A stretch of DNA of 56,724 bases, filler included, from Sphacelaria rigidula (taxonomy: Eukaryota): assembly GCA_964200075.2 (NCBI GenBank). It is 7 parts of 7 records of this genome, joined end to end, with 100 filler letters (N's around TTAATTAATTAA, not from the genome) between each part and the next. Parts side by side here need not be neighbours in the genome. Positions count along the whole stretch, not along the records: positions 1 to 8,018 come from CAXNAA020012618.1; positions 8,119 to 16,136 come from CAXNAA020012619.1; 5 more parts are not named here. The stretch is one strand, 5' to 3'. The notes beneath the pieces were generated by a model that searched no databases, was not told where the DNA came from, and saw only the letters and a program-made list of their open reading frames with translations. Both the position numbers and the translations under genes were made by a program. Shown here one piece after another: positions 1 to 11,426 of this stretch (the stretch's first letter is position 1; each line of letters begins with the position of its first letter).

Positions 1-1379
1 AAGGGATGGGTGGTCAATGGTCAAACGACTAAGGCAAGCGACAAATGAGTCCGCCCCCCCCCCCCCCCCCTCCCACGCGAACCAACAAATTTCAAAGTTC
101 GAGATCTGGGCGTATTTACTGGAATTTACGGGCAACTTTGGGTGAGGTGCTAGCTCGACATATCCGGTACACCACCTCTGCTCGGTAAATATTCATCGTT
201 AGATATATGTCAAGAGATTTTCCATATCTGGTTGTCATTTCCATCGAAGTTTCCGGATTTGTCCCCCAAGGTTCGCGAGAGAATTCGTCCATTCTAAGAG
301 GCGCGTGAAAAAGGCAGATTCCCCAAAACAGACCTCCCACTTCCTCCAAGAAGGAGCAATTACCACAAGCGTTTACAGAAGACTTACGAGAGTGAAAGCT
401 TATACACTGGATCGATAACCCGCCCGAGATCTTTTCGCGGCAGACAACTCGTGATCTATACCCCAGAAATCTGGAAATGCGGGCCATTGAGGGAAGACGC
501 AGGTTGTTGACAGGACTGACTCTGTCAACGTCTGCCGGACGTGTGTGACCCGCAGGTAGAAAGAAGGCTCCCAAGGAAGTACTGTTTATTGGCTGTTTTC
601 TACTTCCCACAGTCGTGAAGGAAGAGACGAATAGACAAAAAGTGCTCAACTTTGGACCAACATGTACCGCATAGCCTCACAGTGAGTCAAACAGTAGAAT
701 TCGGTGTATACGATCTCAGGTGATGCGATTTTGGGACTCGAAAAGCTATCGCTCTCAGGTGCGCTTCGTTGAGGGGAGGGCGATATACGGCATACCCCTG
801 CACAGGCCAGTAGGTACCAAACTGATGTCAAATCCAACCGAAACCTCATCACCCGGAAATAGTATTCAGGAGGGGGGGCGGGGGGGGGGATGTTCTCAGC
901 GTACGGGTCTTACACCCCGTCCATTATACGGTACTGACACCCAATACCTCAGCTTTAAAGCGACCGCTCCCATGGGGAGTGAATGATGCCCACACTTGAG
1001 TGTCAGTGGTCTCAATTGATAACTTGGCCACAGTGCCGAGAACGCAATGTACTTTACACCATGGAACGACGTTAACAACCCAGGTGACAGTGCCAATAAT
1101 ACCCATATATCTTTTCTTGTGTGGTACTGATCGAAGGCTGATGACGTGACTTCCATATGGGCATTGGCGGGATCAGCATGACGTGCGTTGGGCTCAAGGG
1201 GAAGTCCCGAAGTTGATCACTTCAATACAATAATCGGAAAACGCCAAAATAAACGCGAAACAGCTTCGTTTTGGGGTTTGCCACAAAAAGACGTACCTGA
1301 ATAAACGCCGGACTCATATCCCCGTACACATACCTGTCGACCAATCATGTCAACAATCAATGAGTCTTTCAAGATCGTC

Positions 1380-1800
1380 AGGCATGAACAGTTAGACACA
1401 ACATTCTTTGCGTATGGGACGAAGGAAGTGCGTTATGTTTTTCGTCCCTTCATTTTCCTGACGTCTACCGCACTGGTGTTCGCGCCCTCCGTTGCGCAAA
1501 GGTGGCAGTTGAACTTCTCAGCCCTGTAGGAGGCTATTCGTGCACCGCGCCTCAGTGGTCATGATGGGACACCAACGGCCAGTTTGGGCGAGCCTCGTGA
1601 GCTGAAATCTCCACACATGTTTTCATAACGGTGCATTAATCAAGAATCTAGTTGTCACCATTGAAAGCGTGAGAAAGAAGGTAAAATATAAACAATTCAT
1701 GAAGGATGTCGGGCTGCCCGAGTGGTCATCATCCAATGCTCGATCATACGTCATCAGGCAGGTACCGGGGTAGACATGGGTTGATCCCTGGAAATTCGTC
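1380..1800 (-). pseudogene. Possible degenerate piggyBac-like transposase C-terminus
   Basis: Minus-strand fragments 'YPGTCLMTYDRALDDDHSG', 'FTFFLTLSMVTTRFLIN' and a Cys-rich tail 'KFNCHLCATEG...GRKT*RTSF...RMLCLT' loosely follow the order third-D region / hydrophobic helix / C-terminal cysteine-rich domain. Stops and frameshifts present; pattern match by eye only. Confidence 0.3.
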
Positions 1801-2439
1801 CCGAGAAGGTAGAAGGAGACTTGGAAGTGTGATGAAGAACAGAAAGACACAAGCGTGCGGTCTTCAGATGGCTGAGTCGTAGCCTGTTTCCCCGGCTTTA
1901 CTCCTTGCCCGGCCTCCTGGCTGAAGCGTTTGCTATCTGGATCGCTAGCAGGACCCTGTTGGGGGCTATCTTGGGGTCGTTGCTACCTCTTGGCTTGGCG
2001 TGGTGCCTGCGTCAGTTCATTCTGTTTGTATTCTTCATATTTCTCCTTTTCTTTGTCCCATACGTGTGGAGTATTTTTCAGCAGCTGTTCCCGTTTACTT
2101 ACCTTGTGAACAAAGTTTCTGTGACCCCAACTGGATTGAAAGCGGATGAATCATTGTGCGATAAACCATCAATCAGGTCACCATTTATCACATTCACTGA
2201 ACGAAATCGTCTCATTTTTACACAGCATATGGACAAACGCATGTGCCGGGGAACCAAAAGCATGTGTCTGAAACTGCCGTCCGTTCCGTTCACATATTTC
2301 AGGCGGGAAACAACCGAGGTACGGTTCTACCAAGAGAAATTGCAGGGATAAGCATGAAAAATAAAAAATGAGAGATAAAAAAGAAGAAAAGCAACGAAAA
2401 TCCAAAACAAATCGTATAAAAGGCACAATCTTACGAAAC

Positions 2440-3032
2440 CATTGTGAGGGAGAGGTAACCAAGGAAACAGGATACAGTCAATGCACGAGGCACGTGAAAT
2501 AACAGGCACAGGTTGATGGTACGCTAGATGGATGTGAGCGGTTAGCACGAAAGTGAGCAGAACTGAACTGGCTAGCCAATAGGCGTGTTTCAGCCATTTG
2601 CCATGCTGACGGAGACGGTTGCACGTTGTTTTGATTCATCGGTTTGTTAATGGTCCCACGTGAAGTGATCCTCTACGAATCACGACCCAGCAGTGGTCAC
2701 ACGAGAGAGGTACCCGAGGTAAGTGAACGGAAACAATCCCTCGGGAAAACTCGACGACGAAGACATCATAGGAAGCTAGGTGAGATTTGAAATCATTGCC
2801 TCCCCCACCCTGAGGGAGAATCGTAGCCAACGAAATCAACCACCAGCGCGTCTTATCGTTCATGCTGACAGACTCGTAATCGGTATACCTATACGTCTTC
2901 TGCCGCTCTGATTATCGCTACTGTTTCCGTTGCTCGGTGATGGCACACTGTGACACGAGATAGTATGCGTGGGAACGATCTTTCTTCTGTGAGTCTCGTT
3001 TCTCCACCAGGAGCACTTATTCCGACCCCTTC
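2440..3032 (-). pseudogene. Degenerate DDE transposase relic (Sola/DUF7869-like); 5' part lies inverted at ~6100-6383
   Basis: Ordered motifs on minus strand: '(LARSWLNG)LFEGVG..P', 'VSVHLPRVPLSCDHC' (CxxC), 'SCIDC...LPLPH' (first catalytic D followed by LPH). Multiple stops and frameshifts. Confidence 0.4.
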
Positions 3033-3040
3033 GAAGAGTC

Positions 3041-3820
3041 CAAGGTTGTGTTCCGTAGGGTACGGTTTTCTGTATACCCGGGGTATTTTCCCGGGATATT
3101 TACCGTACTCGACAGTCATACCGGTACCCGACAGTTCTGTAAACTCTCTACGACTTTCATAACGGTACCCGATAGTTCTGTGAGTTATGTAAGCCTCACG
3201 ACCGTTACCGAGGGGCACGAGTACACTCATAATAATATACTTCCTCTGTCCCAATAAGTAAAGGTACCTAAATTTGTACGGGCCCTTACCGATGTCCGAT
3301 ATATATATATATATATATGTTTAATGAACTGTACGGTGTTGTTTGGGTTAAGAAAATGTGTTTAAAATTTGCAGCTCGTGCTTGAACCATGCCGCCAAAC
3401 GACTGCAAAAAAAGTAGACGGCCCCCAAATGGCCGTTTTTTTGCCCCTTTCTTTGCGAGGGGGGAAAAATGGGTCGATTCTTTTTTTTTCGAATTTTTTT
3501 ATTTTCGCCCGCCTTCACTAGGGCTTGCTGCTAGAAAGTCCCACGCGATTAAAACAAATTCAAGAAAAAAATCGACACTTTTTTTCTCCTCGGAAAGGGG
3601 CAAAAAAACGACAATTTTTGGGCCGACTACTTTTTTTGCAGCCGTTCGGCGGCATGGTTCAAGCACGAGCTTCAGAATTTAAACACATTTTCTTACCTAA
3701 AAAACACCGTAGAGTTCATTGAAAAAAAAAATCGGACATCGTTAAGGGCCCGTACAAATCTAGGATGGGACAGAGGAAGTACCCGATTGCGGGTACGGTT
3801 TTCTGTGCAACCTACATACC
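3041..3820 (-). mobile_element. hAT-like non-autonomous TIR element with internal tandem subrepeats (truncated, interrupted by a MITE)
   Basis: Begins caaggttgtgttccgtagggtacggttttc, the reverse complement of the right end of the 6384-7004 copy. Subrepeats taccc-gacagttctgt-aag; resumes at 3782 after the nested MITE. Confidence 0.8.
3240..3779. mobile_element. Stowaway-like (Tc1/mariner) foldback MITE
   Basis: TA|CTTCCTCTGTCCCA ... TGGGACAGAGGAAG|TA with TA TSDs at 3238-3239 and 3780-3781. Nearly the whole body is an imperfect palindrome (3271-3300 vs 3731-3759; ~3330-3520 vs ~3540-3720). Confidence 0.9.
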
Positions 3821-4428
3821 ATAGAGCTCTAGGACCTATCAACACTCGCCCGATGTTGAGACTGGTTCAATAAACTGAGGCTTCGACTGGTTGGGCGAGA
3901 CAATGTGAGAAGCCGGGGAAAAGACTGGATTGTTCTTGGAGTTTTCCCGGGTAAAGTTAACCACCGCGGGGAATCACGTTTAACATCAGCACTTTGAGCA
4001 AACCATCGCATCTCGGCCGCAACGGCCGTAGGAAAGTCCGCGAGAAACACCCTGTTGCATCAATAGTTTCGCTTTCATGTCAACGCCGTAGTGTAATCTA
4101 CACACACACTCACAAAACACCTCGGCAGGAACTTCCGACCTTCGTTCACCTCGCATAATTACCGTGAGCATATCTCACTCATGACTTGGAACTTTTAATA
4201 CCTGCTTCCGCCGAGGTGTATGTAATCTGGCCATACTTCGTGCTGATTCTAGACGTGTGGGAGACTTCTCGACTTCTTGTTTTGCCCGGTTGAATCCCGA
4301 GCGTATGTGCCTATATTCATGGTATCGGCCATGAAACGCTTGTAAGTATCCTCTGAACAAGCTCAAGTTTCTTCAGGCATATATACGCTCAAGGGCTCAG
4401 TTTCGAGGGGAATTGCATCTGACACATT

Positions 4429-4798
4429 GTATGTGTTGTTTCTGTGTTGTCGTCCCATCTATTCCGGACGCCGGTCTACACCTTCCGGTATATGTGGGCC
4501 CACCAGCCGAGGACACACAGGAGGAAGATCAACACGCAGGGGCTTTTTCTTTTTTGTTTGCTTCAGTACCCCACCTTCCTTCTGTGGTGCTTGCCTTTCT
4601 TTTGTATCGCGAGAGTTGCCCAGCACTCGCCCTTTCCCTCGTCGATCGTCAAGTTGAATTTTGTGTACCCACGACATAATCGCTCTCCACTGTTGGGCAT
4701 GGTGTGATAAAAAATCCCAGATCGCTCCGAGATTCGAACCCACGACCAAGCCGTCAGAAGGTTTCGAGGTTACCCACTGAGCCACCGGGGCGACCGGT
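4429..4798 (-). mobile_element. tRNA-derived SINE, full length
   Basis: Minus-strand head ccggtcgccccggTGGCTCAGTGGG (A box) ... GGTTCGAATC (B box); simple-repeat tail; direct repeat gacacatt at 4421-4428 and 4800-4807 (TSD). Confidence 0.9.
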
Positions 4799-4960
4799 CG
4801 ACACATTTGTATGAGAACAACAATAGAGCGTTACCCTGCTGCCTAACGAACTTGACCATCAACGCAGCCAGTGTAACCAGTGTCAAACCCCACCCGATAT
4901 TAGTGTAGTGAATACGAAACTCCACACAAACGTGTCACATTTCTATACATCTGTGAATGT

Positions 4961-5320
4961 GTATGTGTTGTCGTCCCATCTATTCCGGACGCAGGTCTGC
5001 ACGTTTCGGGATATGTGAGCGCACCAGCCGGGGTCACACAGGAGGAAGGCCAACACAAAAGTTTATTTCTTTTTTTGTTTGCTTTTAGTACCCCCCCTTC
5101 CTTCTGCGGCGCTTGCCTTCATTTTTGTTTATCGCGAGAGGGGTTCAGCAGTCCCTTTCTCTCGTCGACCGTTACGTCGCATTTTGTGACCCACGAGATA
5201 GTCGCTCTCCACTGTTGAGCATGGTGTGAGAAAAAAACTCCCAGATCGCTCCGAGATGTGAACCCCCGACCCAACCGTCAGAAGGATTTGAGGCTACCAA
5301 TTGAGCCACCGGGGCGACCG
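4961..5320 (-). mobile_element. tRNA-derived SINE, second copy
   Basis: Colinear, diverged copy of 4429-4798 with the same head and tail. Confidence 0.9.
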
Positions 5321-6383
5321 TGGAAACGACGCAAAAATTGATACCGAGATGACCTCATCAAAGCTCATATACTGCGGCAAGTTTGCCGATGGTTGAGGAT
5401 TCCTCGAGAGCGTGGGTTTACAAAATTAAAAGGGGGATAGATCCATCCAAAGTTGTGCGGCGGTGCCGTAGATAGTGCGCTGGTAGAAGCACAGCAACAG
5501 AAACCACACGGAGTCAACAAACGTCCTTTTTGGAATACCTCCAAACTTGATACCAGCCAATACGCTCCTCTGTAGTGCGCGCTGAAAGAGCGTATCGGCG
5601 AAGTCGCAGGTATGTCGGTTGATATGAATAGATCGGTGTCTCGGGGACCATGACCGAAGCACGTCTTTGTGTGCATTTTTTCTCAAGTTGTGTTCACGGA
5701 AGTGATCGATTTTGAAGTACCCCTTTCTTAGAATCGGCTCATCGTCCGGTTATTGTGCGAAGCAACAGAATACGTCGGCGAGGCACCGGGTGTTCTAGGG
5801 TATATTCATGGTTTGCTGAGTTCTCAGGTTTGGGCTGACGGCATATCTCTACGTTCGTACTTTGTTAAAACATTTCACCAGGTGATCATCGTGTGAACTT
5901 GTCGTTCCCTCTTGACATAGTTTCGTGGGCCTTGGCAATCTCTGCATGTACACACGTTGTCAGCCCGTGCGCCATTCTTATGCGCAAACATTACCCGATT
6001 ATACTCCAAGACTCTTTATCGATGATAACATGACCCAGGACGTCGCCGCAAAAATCATATCAGGAATCCCCCATGACGGGAAGGCAAAGGGTCGGCATGT
6101 GTAGGCTGTCTGGGCTTGAACTCTCGTGTAGAGCAGGAAAGGGGGCGATTGTATCGCGTTGTGCAGGATGACGTAACACAAGAAAAAGTAATAGGTTTTC
6201 AACAACGTCAGAAGATCGGAAGCGACCTGACTCACTTGCACCAAGCTGAGCAGCCTAAAATGCGGTGATGATCACAAACCGATTCTCACCTCATATTCTG
6301 TGCGTCTACAGAACCGAGGACCTAAGTGCTTAACAGCTTGACCGCCCGACACACTAGCCAGAAGCTGGTTGAACGGACTCTTC

Positions 6384-7004
6384 CAAGGTTGTGTTCTGTA
6401 GGGCACGGCTACGTTATGTAGAGGGTATGAGATTCCTGACATAACTTACAGAAATATCGAGTACCGGTATGAAAGTCTTGCAGAAATTACAAAACTGTCG
6501 GATACTGGTTTGAAAGTCTTACAGAAATTACAGGACTTGTCGGGTACGGTATGGAAGGCTTACAGAAAAGATTACCGGCAGTCGGGTGTTTCTTCAAGAG
6601 CATACCCGCGTTCCGGGTGCGGGTAAACGTCATGTACAGAACTCACAGGAATGTTGGGTAAGGGTATGGGAGGCTTACGAAACTCACAGAAACTGTCGAG
6701 TAGGGTGTGGAGGTTTCACAGAAGACCGTACCCGCAATCGGGTATCTTATCAAGAGCGTACTCGTGCCCCCCGGCAACGGCACTGGGGGCTTACATAGCT
6801 CACAGAACTATTGGGTAAGGGTATGAAAGTCTTACAGAGTTTACAGAACTGTCGGGTACCGGTATGAAACTCTTACAGAGTTTGCAAAACTGTCGGGTGC
6901 CGGTAGGAAAGCCTCACAGAAGTCACAGAACTGTAAGGTACGGTGAATACCCGGGAAAATACCTTAGGTATACAGAAAACCGTACCCTACAAAACACGAC
7001 CTTG
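6384..7004 (+). mobile_element. hAT-like non-autonomous TIR element filled with ~37-bp subrepeats
   Basis: TIRs caaggttgtgttctgtagggcacgg / ccgtaccctacaaaacacgaccttg; internal repeats cttacagaactcacagaactgtcgggtaccggtatg. The 8-bp left flank matches, as reverse complement, the flank of the 3041 copy. Confidence 0.85.
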
Positions 7005-7500
7005 GTATTATTATCACCCTCTAGTGGGACCTACATCACTAAAACAGCGTCGAAATATAGATGGCAGTTGACCGAAACTCTGAACGGCTTCACGGGGTTG
7101 ATAGAGAAAGACTACACGAACACTCGCGGTAGTACATGTGCCAGGAATGGTCAACATCTATCGGCTTCATGTACACTCCCAGAGAGTACATGGAGGAGCA
7201 TTCACGGCTGCCCGCCCGATGAAAGCTTTTCGGCACACGACAAAATCGCCGACGGCCTTGACGACTTTCGGTGGCAGCTCATACTATTTGCTGTGCATGT
7301 CGATAACGGCCTGGGGTTTGATTACCACGACACAACCACCATCAACGTCGATGACGTGCGTCTTGTTACTTGATGCCCTGATGGCGCAGATGAACTGCCC
7401 CCGCTTGAGCCACCACTCGAGGGTGGGGGTGATCCATCCTGACGGTCTGCAGTGCTGCTTATGTTTCATGTTTTCACTCAGCGGTACCTCGTACCCCATC
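7005..7500 (+). pseudogene. piggyBac-type transposase relic, C-terminal part
   Basis: 'SGTYITKTAS', 'VVHVPGMVNIYRLH' (V-x-P-x2-V-x2-Y motif before the third D), 'HDKI...RWQLILF..MSITAWGL', then 'LQCCLC'. Continues the 3830-5700 relic if the intervening block is re-inverted. Confidence 0.5.
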
Positions 7501-7642
7501 AGATTCCAAACTGAAGGACTTTCAATTATTGAATTCTTGTAGGTGTGCAGTTTTGAATTAAGGAGTTGGGTGGGTTGATCGATGGGAGGTACATGTTTAG
7601 GTCGTGAGGTTGTGTTGGATTGAACCTATATCCGTACCTCCC

Positions 7643-7955
7643 CAAGGTATATACCTATGCTCCTACCTGCAATCGGGTATATCTACGACTATATACTCTA
7701 ACCCCCGGTGAGGGTATGGGAGGCTTACAGAGCTCACAGAACTGTCGGGTACCGGTACTAGATAAAAGCCTTACATAAATTAGAGAACTCGTCGGGTACG
7801 GTATGGGAGGCTCACAGAAAACCGTAACGACAATCGGGCATTTCTTCAAGAACATACCCGCGTTTCGGGTGCGGGTAAACGCTATGTACAGAACTCACAG
7901 AACTGTTGGTTAAGGGTACGGGAGGCTTACGGAATTCACAGAAACTGTCGGGTAG
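7643..7955 (+). repeat. Third, partial copy of the subrepeat-rich TIR element
   Basis: Same gggtatgggaggcttacagagctcacagaactgtcgggta units as 6384-7004. Confidence 0.8.
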
Positions 7956-8018
7956 AGGGAAATGTACCAATTAAGATACGCTTAAGGCACCTGGCGGGAA
8001 AAACTCTATATCTTGGGA

Positions 8019-8118
8019 NNNNNNNNNNNNNNNNNNNNNNNNNNNNNNNNNNNNNNNNNNNNTTAATTAATTAANNNNNNNNNNNNNNNNNNNNNNNNNN
8101 NNNNNNNNNNNNNNNNNN
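8019..8118. other. Artificial contig spacer (N44-TTAATTAATTAA-N44)
   Basis: Identical 100-nt spacers also at 16137-16236, 24255-24354, 32373-32472, 40491-40590 and 48608-48707. Confidence 0.98.
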
Positions 8119-8499
8119 TGTTCAGAGTGTCCTATAATCAACCATGAAAACATGGGATTTGCCATCTGATAAGAAGCTGAAATCAAGCCGTTGCCTACGC
8201 CAATCTGCCGCAACGTGCCAGAACACCCCGCGAAACAAACAGCTAAAACACAGCATCAGTTTCAGAATTCAGCTGAGAAGCTCGACAATTTAAAGCCGCT
8301 GCAAAGTGATCTAGAGCTGTTAACCGTGAAATCTGTACACGTGAGCGCAGCGATCGTCCCCTTATCAATCGACCGCGAAATTATGCGAAAAGAGCAAACA
8401 CTGGTGTACGGACCCTACATCCAATATATCACGGAAGAAGATGCTCCGATACCAGAAAAAGAATCGATCACATCGATGTCGTACGACTCACTATATTGA

Positions 8500-8745
8500 C
8501 CGATTATCTCACATTAGCTGATTGCAACAATCCATCCTGTGATCAGGAGCAGCAAAAAAATAACAGAATAATGAAAGAAAAAAGAACGAAAAGAACAGAA
8601 GACAGAAGCAACGACCTCAGAAAGGAGAGAAAGAGAGCAGCGATAACAACAAAAACAACAACACCACCACCACCGCCATCACCACCAACAACAGCAAGAA
8701 CAAACAACAACAGTAATAACAACAAAATAACGACAAACAGGAAGG
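8500..8745 (-). repeat. Low-complexity insertion (probable LINE 3' tail) in the Gypsy pol
   Basis: A/C-rich simple sequence interrupting pol just before 'LFKSYSPGHLKKRSTVRDQLV'. Confidence 0.5.
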
Positions 8746-8749
8746 GACC

Positions 8750-9981
8750 TATTTAAGTCATACTCGCCTGGACACTTGAAGAAACGAAGCACAGTTCGTG
8801 ACCAACTTGTGCTACCTAAGACCGTAGTTGGCTTTGTGCTATTTTCATACCACGACCATGCACTGTCCCGAGGCTACTTAGTATTCAAGCGAACCTACGA
8901 CAAGATCCGACCGAAGTATTGTTGGCCAGCTATGAACCACGATATAAAATATTGGTGCTTAAAATGTCAAAGTTTCCAACGCCGAAAGACGCCCCACCGG
9001 CAAGAATTACCAGTGGGACGTGTTCCAGTAGAAAGGCCATATGAAAGAGTGTCGGTAGACCTAGTCGAATACAAAACAGCTTCGATGTCAAACGCTGGGG
9101 TACTGTGTAAATATGTACTGTCGGTAATGGACCACCTCACAAGGTATGCTTTGCTCATTCCGGTACCGAATAAACAAGCCACGGCGATAGCCAAAATTCT
9201 TATCGATAGAGTTTTTACTACATTTGGCACCCCAGAAAACTGCATTCAGATCAGGGGGCGGAATTTGAGAACAAACTAATATACGCAGTGCAACAGGAGC
9301 TGGGTTTCAATGAAACTCGCACTACGCCGTTACGCCCGCAAGATAATTCAGTTTCGGAACGAGTCCACTCCACTATGCACGCAATGTTAGCTATTCATAT
9401 GTCACTTGGGAACATTAACTGGGCATCGAAGCTCCCATTCATCCAAATGGCATACAATACATCCTATCACAATACAGTACAAAAGACACCGTATTTTTTG
9501 TTGTTCGGGAGACAGCCCAGATTACCGATCGACATCATACTCGGCATACCTGAGGAAAGCCAAGCTGCAACACCCGAAGAATTTTCCTGAAAACACGAGA
9601 AAGCCTACAGTTTGGATTTGAAATTACGAGACAAGGTCTACGAGAAAGAGCGAACCAGCAAGAAAACAAAAACAAATTGAAATCGTTCCCAGTGTTCAAA
9701 GCTGGTCAAAAAGCACTTCTGTACCGACCATACCAGGATTCAGAAGGGCCGAACCCAAAACTCCATTTACCATGGAGAGGACCTTTCACGATGACCTAGA
9801 GATGACAGTACTTCTCGCTCATTTGAAGAAATATCACCCGAGAGAAACAGCGCCAGCACCGGACTTCGACAAGTTGGGCGAGTTGTTCCTAGGCAGACGG
9901 ATACCTCTACCGGAGATAGAACAACCAGACGAAATGTTGCCTACAATGAAACGTTACACCGTCGAAAAAGTGCTTACCTGA
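8750..9981 (+). pseudogene. Gypsy integrase (HHCC zinc finger, DDE core, chromodomain-like start), frameshifted
   Basis: 'QLVLP..YHDH...YCWPAM..DIKYWCLKCQSFQRRK', 'PYERVSVDL', 'MDHLTRY', 'FGTPE/LHSDQGAEFEN' (frameshift ~9240), 'SERVH', 'MAYNTSYH..TPYFLLFGRQPRLPID', 'YTVEKVL'. Confidence 0.92.
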
Positions 9982-11426
9982 CCTACCGGACTGGCGAAAT
10001 ACCAACATATAAACATCTCACGGATATATACCGTCATGACAATGAATTAGCAGAGCGCTCACATCCGGACTCGAAACCCCAGAATACCGGGAAAAGGAAA
10101 CTGATGTGATTGTTCAACAGACTGTTCGAGCGTCCTTGCCAAACGCTCAAGGGTTGGGCAGTAGCCTGGGGTCACAATTCGGAGATCAATGAGAGTCACA
10201 AAATAAAAACGACGTTAGAACAGTGCAGACATGAACGGAAGAATATCTGACATGTCAGCGGTGACGGGGGTGCAACTTCCCAAGGAAGATGGCGTCTCAG
10301 CATGGGGTAGTTGCTGACAAGAAGCAAGGATTATTTTGACGATGTTTAGTCAAAAGAGCACAATGCTCACAGGCGGAAAACATCATATCCACCGCTCTGT
10401 TACTGACGCGAGGACTTAGTCCTACGCTGGTGTTTGCGGAACCAAAGGCATCCCAGAACCCGGGCATAAATAACCCAGGCGCTCGTGGACCGTTCAGCGT
10501 CCCAGCCCTCGGTCATGCATAACCGACAGTCGCAAAGTACCACCGGAGTGCACAAAGGCATCTGATGGAAACATGTCACATATGACACAGTTACATGACA
10601 GAGGAGAACCAAAATCAAAGGGTTTGCAATGCATGCACTGTTACTGACAACACGTAGCTGAAGCTTACTGGTGGTGTTTACTCAATTCCACGGTGTAGAG
10701 AAGGGCTACCTCTGCGATCAGCGGTGGCGTGACTCAATCAATGATTGCCACTCAAAGACACGTCCACGATTATATCATCAGCGAAGCCGATGATCGCCTC
10801 GTCCCACCAGCTACACTCCCGATGGGCTCGAGACACATTAGGGGGGGGGGGATGTGGAAGACACTTCTTTTCAGTGAAATATCAGAAACTAATGCCACAC
10901 ATGTATGAAGAACCAGCGCAGGCGGCTACAAGGTAGGAACGGTCCCAAAAGACTAGATTACCTTGGGGTGATATCAGGAAGAGCCTGATATCAGGACGGA
11001 GCAACATCTCCCGAGGAACTGGTCGTCCCCCGACGACCACTTCTCGCCTGACCCACCTTCTTGCGTACGTATCACAAGAGGATATCATCGCCAGGCTCGG
11101 AGTTCCTCCGGCATCAGGGCGACATCTCCCAAGACAGCCTCCTCCTTAGTCTGTCTACCCTAGCGATACGCCTACCTCACACGTATATGCTTTCGCGCCG
11201 ACTGCGCGGTAGTGAATGCGCTGTCTTTTTGTTGTCGGTTTTTCCCTCGCCTTTTGCCTTCCGACAAGTATTCCATGTGTTCTTCACCTCTTTTTCCTCT
11301 TTCTCTTCCTATTACATCACTGTGGCCGACAGAAAATAGGGAGAAATTTACCTTGCAACACTGCGCCAACCAGATCGTTTCAACTACTCGTGATACACTT
11401 GAAGCGAATACATATATGTACATGTA

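Larger units (their letters stand above)
3830..5700 (-). pseudogene. piggyBac-type transposase relic, N-terminal and central part, interrupted by two SINEs
   Basis: Minus-strand motifs in canonical order: 'AYWLVS..GGIPK.TF', 'QYMSFDEV' (first D, ~5350-5375), 'PLSVYMP..YKRFM' (~4330-4400), 'VCVD..YGVDMKAKLL..QGV' (second D, ~4050-4110), 'DFP...KRDSPR'. Frameshifted. Confidence 0.6.
8119..11181 (+). mobile_element. Ty3/Gypsy LTR retrotransposon, 3' part (degenerate integrase, PPT, 3' LTR)
   Basis: Integrase at 8750-9980; polypurine tract agggggggggggga at 10840-10852 followed by tgtgg...ctcaca (LTR ~10853-11181). Confidence 0.85.

Noticed and set aside
116..649. 177-aa minus ORF
   Set aside because: No motif or splice support; composition looks non-coding.
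47..897. Poly-C (51-70) and poly-G (869-889) as TIRs of one element, or poly-G + TG as PPT/LTR
   Set aside because: No matching TSD (aaat vs agcg), no LTR end found and no recognisable protein between them.
4715..4798. tRNA gene
   Set aside because: A and B boxes belong to the head of a multicopy SINE with a common body, tail and TSD.
6420..6960. ~37-bp periodic repeats as a CRISPR array
   Set aside because: Degenerate tandem units with no unique spacers, inside a TIR element, eukaryotic context, no cas genes.
8063..8074. Periodic TTAATTAATTAA as a biological motif
   Set aside because: Assembly linker inside N runs.
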